Notes under the pieces: generated by a model | The model's database searches: none | Seen by the model: only the letters and a program-made list of their open reading frames with translations | What the model was told of the DNA's origin: nothing | Assembly (NCBI GenBank): GCA_024762795.1 | Contig: JANTGS010000004.1 | Span: 4,114 to 68,113, forward strand | DNA from: Flavobacteriaceae bacterium | GTDB taxonomy: Bacteria; Bacteroidota; Bacteroidia; Flavobacteriales; Flavobacteriaceae | Direction of reading: 5' to 3' | DNA: 64,000 nucleotides | Translations under genes and position numbers: made by a program | Part shown: positions 58,680 through 64,000 of the stretch, piece by piece | Position numbering within the stretch: position 1 is the first letter of the stretch | Layout of the letters: each line of letters starts with the position of its first letter

Positions 58680-60023
58680 TCAATACAATTTTTTAAGCTC
58701 AGCACCTCTAAAATAATGCATAAGGATTTCTTTGTGATTATATCCCTTTTCTCCCATTACTGCAGCTCCGATCTGGCATAAGCCCACACCATGTCCCCAT
58801 CCTGCCCCACGTAAGATGAATTTTTGAGGAATACCTTCTGTCTCCCCTTGTTTTTCAACGGTAAATGCCGAACTGTACAGATGCGATTCGCTCAGGGTTC
58901 TTCTGATCTCCAGCTCTTTCCCTATGATCATTGTTCGTTTAGTTCCAACAATCTTTAACTTAATCAAACGGGCTGAATCTCCACGTTTAACAGGGATCAG
59001 ATCGATGATATCTCCATAATCAATACCCGAACGTTTTTTAATAAGAGCAGATAATTCTTCCTGCGAATAATCAACTGTCCAACGATAAAAATCGGAAGCA
59101 GAATGATCGTAATCATTCAGAACCTGACTCAGGATCCCGGCATCAGTAGTATTACAAAAAGCAGGGGGATTTCCATTGATAAAATCAACAGCATTTTTCT
59201 CTTTAGTCAGATCAATAGTTGAGGTTACCTCTTTCGGATCAAGATCAGGAAACGACTGTAAATAAGGATGATTTACCGGTTCCCAGCAATTCTCAAATGT
59301 CTCTGTAACTCCTCCACAACTCTTAGAAAAACGTGCGTCGGCAATTTTTTTATTATACATCAAAACCACACCTTCTGTAGCTTTAATAGCTTTGATCACA
59401 TTAGGATTATGAGCTCTTGTAACCCCTTGATAACGCTGACAATGATCATCGGCACAAACATGAAATTCGGTATGATCTTCTCTATCGTACCAACGAATAT
59501 ATTCCTTATCCGTTTGGTAAATCATTTGATAATCATTTTTACTTTCAGAAAGCTCTTTTTGTTTTTCAATTTGCGCTAAAAGCCAGGAACGGGAAATTAC
59601 TGCATGAGATTTTAATAATTCCAGAGAACTGTCACCCCTCATTTCTGAAGAAATAACGCTATAAAGATAATTTTCGATCGGAAGAATATTGATAAGTTGT
59701 AACTGACGATCAATGATCATAAATTTAATCTCTCCCTGAAATTTCTGAACTTCTTTTTGTTCCCAGTGAAATCCTATTCCAATGACCACATCATTTACAG
59801 TACAGGAGTTTGCAGTAAAATCTTCCGGAAATAATGTGAAATCTTTCGATAATTCAATTTTTTTATCTTGAGTATTCACTACAATCTTATCCCCATCAAC
59901 AAAGAATGTACATTTATTTGTAAATGAATATCCATGCTTGGGACTCTTGAAAATTCCATTAAAGTTCACTTCGATTTCACTGCTCAATAATATCCCTACT
60001 TCTACTTTAGGAGTTTCTGTCAT
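58680..60023 (-). CDS. SpoIID/LytB domain protein (lytic transglycosylase family)
   Basis: HVCADDHCQRYQG and GHGVGLCQIGA motifs. ~110-aa N-terminal extension. Confidence 0.8.
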   Translation of the reverse strand: MTETPKVEVGILLSSEIEVNFNGIFKSPKHGYSFTNKCTFFVDGDKIVVNTQDKKIELSKDFTLFPEDFTANSCTVNDVVIGIGFHWEQKEVQKFQGEIKFMIIDRQLQLINILPIENYLYSVISSEMRGDSSLELLKSHAVISRSWLLAQIEKQKELSESKNDYQMIYQTDKEYIRWYDREDHTEFHVCADDHCQRYQGVTRAHNPNVIKAIKATEGVVLMYNKKIADARFSKSCGGVTETFENCWEPVNHPYLQSFPDLDPKEVTSTIDLTKEKNAVDFINGNPPAFCNTTDAGILSQVLNDYDHSASDFYRWTVDYSQEELSALIKKRSGIDYGDIIDLIPVKRGDSARLIKLKIVGTKRTMIIGKELEIRRTLSESHLYSSAFTVEKQGETEGIPQKFILRGAGWGHGVGLCQIGAAVMGEKGYNHKEILMHYFRGAELKKLY

Positions 60024-60043
60024 AGTAAATAATATAAATTCAA

Positions 60044-60982
60044 CTATTCTAAAATTTCAATCAGTTTATAAAAATTATCTTTAGAAATTGTAATCTGATT
60101 AAAAATATCTGATATATCTTCTTTGGTGATTTTTTTAAAATCCTTTTCCTGGGGAGTGATCAAAGTACCTCCCATATCAACGGAAGCCGGGCTTAATAAG
60201 ATATTTTCATCTCCTTCAGCAGAAAATTGCCACGGACGATGTAATCTCCTTAAAAAAATAAAAACCCTGTGCTTTCCATCCATATAATAAGAAAGCAGGT
60301 TCAACATAGGAGCCTCTCCGTTTTCCAGCTCCTCAGCAAACTTATGAATTTTCTGGAACACTTTGTTTAAAGCTTCCTTATCTTTACTTTCCAGTACAAT
60401 ATACCGGCGTAAATGATCATCAACAGCGGTTATCTGCACATTTTTATATCCGGTTATTTCCTTTCCAAAAGCCGAACTGATATACTGCCAGTCCTTTTCA
60501 ATTGTTAGTAAACCATGATTCCCCGCCTGAAAATGAAGATGATCGGGTGCTGAAGCACCACATTTTGGTGCGTTATAAAACAAAACGAGTTCAGGCAAAT
60601 CTTTACTGATCGAAATAAAATTTAAGAACTCAGTTTTGATCTGCTGATCTCTATGAACTACGTTAGAAATAGTATAATGCTTTTTAAAAATAGGGAAAGG
60701 ATTTACTAAAATCTCATAACTGTACCCCCAAAGGATTTCTTCCTGGATCTGAGGACGGTTTACTTTGCAAAGAAAACATTTTCTTTCCTCAATTGACTTT
60801 TTATCCACTTTAGCAGCTGATGAGATCAGTCGCTTAGGATTGTATTGTACATTTATATTTAAACCATCAAATTTAAAGGTTTTAAGTTTAGCTTGTTTTA
60901 AACCTTCACGATTATCTTCAAACAAAGACCAGTCTTTCAACTGATCTTCATATAATTTTGTTGCTTTTTCCTGGTAATTCAT
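60044..60982 (-). CDS. DUF4922 protein: HIT/GalT-like nucleotidyl transferase or NDP-sugar phosphorylase
   Basis: APDHLHFQAG matches the HxHxQ histidine-triad variant of GDP-L-galactose/GDP-glucose phosphorylases (HLHFQAY) and GalT; 312 aa. Confidence 0.6.
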   Translation of the reverse strand: MNYQEKATKLYEDQLKDWSLFEDNREGLKQAKLKTFKFDGLNINVQYNPKRLISSAAKVDKKSIEERKCFLCKVNRPQIQEEILWGYSYEILVNPFPIFKKHYTISNVVHRDQQIKTEFLNFISISKDLPELVLFYNAPKCGASAPDHLHFQAGNHGLLTIEKDWQYISSAFGKEITGYKNVQITAVDDHLRRYIVLESKDKEALNKVFQKIHKFAEELENGEAPMLNLLSYYMDGKHRVFIFLRRLHRPWQFSAEGDENILLSPASVDMGGTLITPQEKDFKKITKEDISDIFNQITISKDNFYKLIEILE

Positions 60983-60984
60983 GG

Positions 60985-62457
60985 TTAATGAGCATCTTTA
61001 CTATTCATCTCTATACGTGCTTTAAATTCAAAGGTGCGAAGACGATCTTTATAAACGTTATGAGCATTCATTTGCTCAATACTAAGTGAAGCATCTGAAT
61101 TATCTTCCCAACGGCGCACCAAATATACTGAATCGTAAACACGACCGATTTGATAGTTTCTGGAAATGGAAAGTCCCAGACCGTAATCCTCGCCATAATT
61201 AACATTAGGAATTTTCACTTCACGCAAGATCGGAGTATAAAATGCACGGGGAGCACCAAGTCCGTTAATACGGAGTGCGTTGTTTCTTCCATTTTCAGGG
61301 GTCCACTCTTTATGATCGATCAATCCCGGGGGGATTACATTCAGATCAGCATCGGTTATCGTATAAGAACCAACTACCATAGCGGCATTTTCTTTGTAAA
61401 AAGCATTGACTATCTTTTCAAGGGTTTTTCCATCCGGAGTATAAACATCATCGGAATCCAGCTGAACGGCAAATTTACCACATTCTTCACGGTGAACCCC
61501 TAAATTCCAGCACCCTCCAATTCCAAGATCAGTCCTTTCAGGAATCACATGTATCAATGAACTGAATTCCTCCGATAATTTTTGCAATATTTCAGTGGTG
61601 CCATCATTTGAATGGTTATCTACTACAATAAGATTATAATCAAAATCTGTTTTTTGAGCCATAACCGAACGGACAGCATCTTCAATAGTGCGTTCACGAT
61701 TTCGAACAGGAATAATCACAGAAGCCTCAACAGGATAATCAGCATCCTCAAATCTTACTTTCTTAAATTCCGGTTTAAGCCAGGCTCCTACTTCTTTTAA
61801 ATATTTGGTTACCGCCTTTTCCATTTCTATTTGTACTCCACGATTTGCCGGATCAACATAATCAAAGATCTTTTTTCCGGATTTACGTGTATCTACTTCA
61901 GTTTGAGTATATAAATATTCCGGAATATGAACCAGATCCCAATTCTTTGAAATAGTAAGTCTCATACTGTAAATACCAGCATGCTTATATTCTTCTGTAA
62001 AATTAGATGCAGCTTCCTTTAATGCTTCAGACCTGACAAACAGAAGTGGCCCGAAATTAAAATCATCCCGTAACGATCCTGCCTGATATTCTATTACCGG
62101 ATGATTTATTTGTTTGTCGTTCAACTTATCGAAATAGTGTGAGTAAACCATACCGGCCTTGGTACTTGAAGCTATATATTCAAATCTTTCTATGGAAAAA
62201 TATCCAAAACTAACATTGACCTCTTTACTAATAATGATACTGTATTCTGCATCTGATTTTTCAGCAAATCGCTTAACTGAAGCTGAAGAAACCATATCAT
62301 TCAGTTTTAATACCTCACATTTAGAGGAGGGTAATAAAATATCTTCTTTACTTACAAGAAAGATTTTTTTAATCAAATTATTTCTCTCGAGTTCTTTTAT
62401 TAATTCGTCCTGATTCTCATCAACATAGGGTAGAAATACATTTATTTTGGCATCCAT
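60985..62457 (-). CDS. GT2 glycosyltransferase with ~230-aa unassigned N-terminal domain
   Basis: C-terminal half has [23 protein letters not shown] and QLDSDDVY (DxD) GT-A motifs. I see no recognisable motif in the N-terminal half. Confidence 0.75.
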   Translation of the reverse strand: MDAKINVFLPYVDENQDELIKELERNNLIKKIFLVSKEDILLPSSKCEVLKLNDMVSSASVKRFAEKSDAEYSIIISKEVNVSFGYFSIERFEYIASSTKAGMVYSHYFDKLNDKQINHPVIEYQAGSLRDDFNFGPLLFVRSEALKEAASNFTEEYKHAGIYSMRLTISKNWDLVHIPEYLYTQTEVDTRKSGKKIFDYVDPANRGVQIEMEKAVTKYLKEVGAWLKPEFKKVRFEDADYPVEASVIIPVRNRERTIEDAVRSVMAQKTDFDYNLIVVDNHSNDGTTEILQKLSEEFSSLIHVIPERTDLGIGGCWNLGVHREECGKFAVQLDSDDVYTPDGKTLEKIVNAFYKENAAMVVGSYTITDADLNVIPPGLIDHKEWTPENGRNNALRINGLGAPRAFYTPILREVKIPNVNYGEDYGLGLSISRNYQIGRVYDSVYLVRRWEDNSDASLSIEQMNAHNVYKDRLRTFEFKARIEMNSKDAH

Positions 62458-62995
62458 ATTTTATAATTATTTTTGTTTATTTTATAGATATTTTTAAAAC
62501 ATTGCAAAAATATGCAAAAAAAATCACTACCCGGACAGGTTTAACATGTTTTATCAGCATAAACTGAATATTACTCTTTTTAAAATCTAAAATTATTCGG
62601 GAAATAATAAGCTGCAAAAGCTTCAGGATATCACATAATTAGCGCATAATTACACTATCCGCTTTCTTGGGCATACTCAGGAATCAGCTCCTTATAAGTA
62701 GTTCTTTTAAATAGATGCCAGACCGTTACAAAACTATATAGAATTATAAAATAAAGGTAATTCTTTGTCTAGCTTCTTCCTTCCCTAGAATTTTAAGTCC
62801 TTATTAACAAGAGTTTACTGCGAGTTGAAAATTCCTTAAACGTCGAATTCAAACAATTAATCGCCTTTTGCAACGGTCTCAATACTTGAATTCTATTGAA
62901 TCCATATATCAGCATTGATACAGAGCTAAAACACGAAAAAACAAATATAAATATGCAAAAACCGTAAACTTTTGGGTAAAAATTAAAGATGAGTG

Positions 62996-63003
62996 GTATA
63001 TTT
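62996..63003 (+). promoter_or_regulatory. Putative -7 promoter box of the NamZ-like gene
   Basis: TATATTTG matches TAnnTTTG, 30 nt upstream of ATG 63034. Confidence 0.45.
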
Positions 63004-63033
63004 GCATTTCAGAAAAGCCAACACAAACATATC

Positions 63034-64000
63034 ATGAAAAAATCTATTTTATTTTTAACATTATTATTAAGCGTTCAATTTTTTAACGCACAAAAGGTAA
63101 AAACAGGCCTGGAAGTACTTCAGGAAGAAAATTTTAAAATTCTGGAAGGAAAAAACGTAGGATTGATCACTAATCCTACAGGCGTTAACTCACAGCTAAT
63201 TTCTACTGCAGACATTCTTTTTAATGCTCCTAATGTAAATCTTAAAGCACTTTACGGACCAGAGCACGGAGTCAGAGGTGATTATTCAGCAGGAGCTCAT
63301 GTAGATTTTTTTAAAGATCCTAAAACAGGTCTACCTGTCTTTAGTTTATATGGTAAAAATAAAAAACCAAGCAAAGAAATGCTCAAAGGCATTGATATTC
63401 TGGTATATGACATTCAGGATATCGGTTCCAGATCTTATACCTATATCAGTACGCTTGGTCTGGCCATGGAGGCTGCCGCAGAAAATAATATCAAAATGGT
63501 AATACTGGACCGACCGAATCCACTGGGGGGAGAAAAAATGGAAGGAATGATCACGGAACCGGAATTTATCTCTTTTGTGAGTCAATTCCCCATACCCTAT
63601 ATCCACGGACTAACTGTTGGCGAACTGGCATTACTTCTTAATGGAGAAAAAATGCTGAAAGAAGGTGTTCAGTGTGATCTGGAAGTCGTAGCCATGAAAA
63701 ACTGGAAACGTTCAATGACCTTTAATGAAACAGGTTTACTTTGGGTACCTTCTTCTCCTCATATTCCCAATGCCAATTCTGCAAAATTTTATCCCGTTTC
63801 CGGAATTCTTGGCGAATTATATGTACTTAGTATCGGGGTTGGTTATCCACTGCCTTTTGAATTATTTGCCGGAGAATGGATAGATGCTGAAAAACTGACT
63901 AACAACCTAAATTCATTACATCTTCCCGGTATTATTTTCCGTCCTGTTCATTACAAACCCTATTACAGTACTTCAAAGGGGAAAATGGTACACGGAGTAC
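63034..64000 (+). CDS. namZ: DUF1343 / NamZ-type exo-beta-N-acetylmuramidase; 3' end outside window
   Basis: Not in the ORF track because it runs off the window. Frame 1 is open from ATG 63034 to 64000. Signal MKKSILFLTLLLSVQFFNAQ. Motifs LITNPTGV, YGPEHGVRGD, YDIQDIGSRSYTYIST and LDRPNPLGG are typical of DUF1343. Confidence 0.8.
   Translation, partial: MKKSILFLTLLLSVQFFNAQKVKTGLEVLQEENFKILEGKNVGLITNPTGVNSQLISTADILFNAPNVNLKALYGPEHGVRGDYSAGAHVDFFKDPKTGLPVFSLYGKNKKPSKEMLKGIDILVYDIQDIGSRSYTYISTLGLAMEAAAENNIKMVILDRPNPLGGEKMEGMITEPEFISFVSQFPIPYIHGLTVGELALLLNGEKMLKEGVQCDLEVVAMKNWKRSMTFNETGLLWVPSSPHIPNANSAKFYPVSGILGELYVLSIGVGYPLPFELFAGEWIDAEKLTNNLNSLHLPGIIFRPVHYKPYYSTSKGKMVHGV

Noticed and set aside
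63346-63606. 86-aa minus-strand ORF.
   Set aside because: It lies antisense within the strongly supported DUF1343/NamZ-like coding frame.
1-64000. Search for tRNA, rRNA, transposase, integrase, phage or known defence-system genes.
   Set aside because: No cloverleaf-like GC-rich segments, rRNA-like stretches or DDE, tyrosine- or serine-recombinase motifs were seen. The only candidate accessory modules are the TA cassette and the efflux cluster.

Overview
AT-rich (about one-third G+C by eye) chromosomal segment. Its proteins and TAnnTTTG-type -7 promoter boxes point to Bacteroidota, most likely Flavobacteriia. It holds about 58 densely packed protein-coding genes on both strands, mostly housekeeping or envelope functions: selD-selU, a DEAD-box helicase, an acyl-CoA synthetase, MutS2, Ung, PepD, an MsbA-like ABC exporter, phosphoglucomutase, AsnB, Fsa/transaldolase, RsmE and a WecB/GT4/YfhO glycan cluster. 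One RNA gene not visible in the ORF track is the SRP (4.5S) RNA at 39039-39132. I saw no tRNA, rRNA, CRISPR array, transposase, integrase or phage genes. Five things deserve a second look. (1) A tightly packed RDD / SpoIIM-like / DUF4129 / DUF4350 / MoxR / DUF58 six-gene module of unknown function (13348-19366). (2) A GT2 - DUF4922 (HIT/GalT-like) - SpoIID - AmpG operon divergent from a NamZ-like muramidase (57324-64000), possibly an undescribed cell-wall sugar salvage or re-glycosylation route. (3) A MacA / MacB-permease / TolC efflux cluster with no ATPase gene that looks compositionally foreign (23124-27226). (4) A roughly four-fold excess of GATC in native genes, with GATC-poor patches marking the efflux cluster, a PIN toxin-antitoxin cassette and one long spacer. 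(5) A mosaic GC-rich interspersed repeat family that fills most long intergenic regions, including an inverted pair bracketing three genes, plus an 8-nt-period tandem array. All family assignments come from motif recognition by eye, not database searches.
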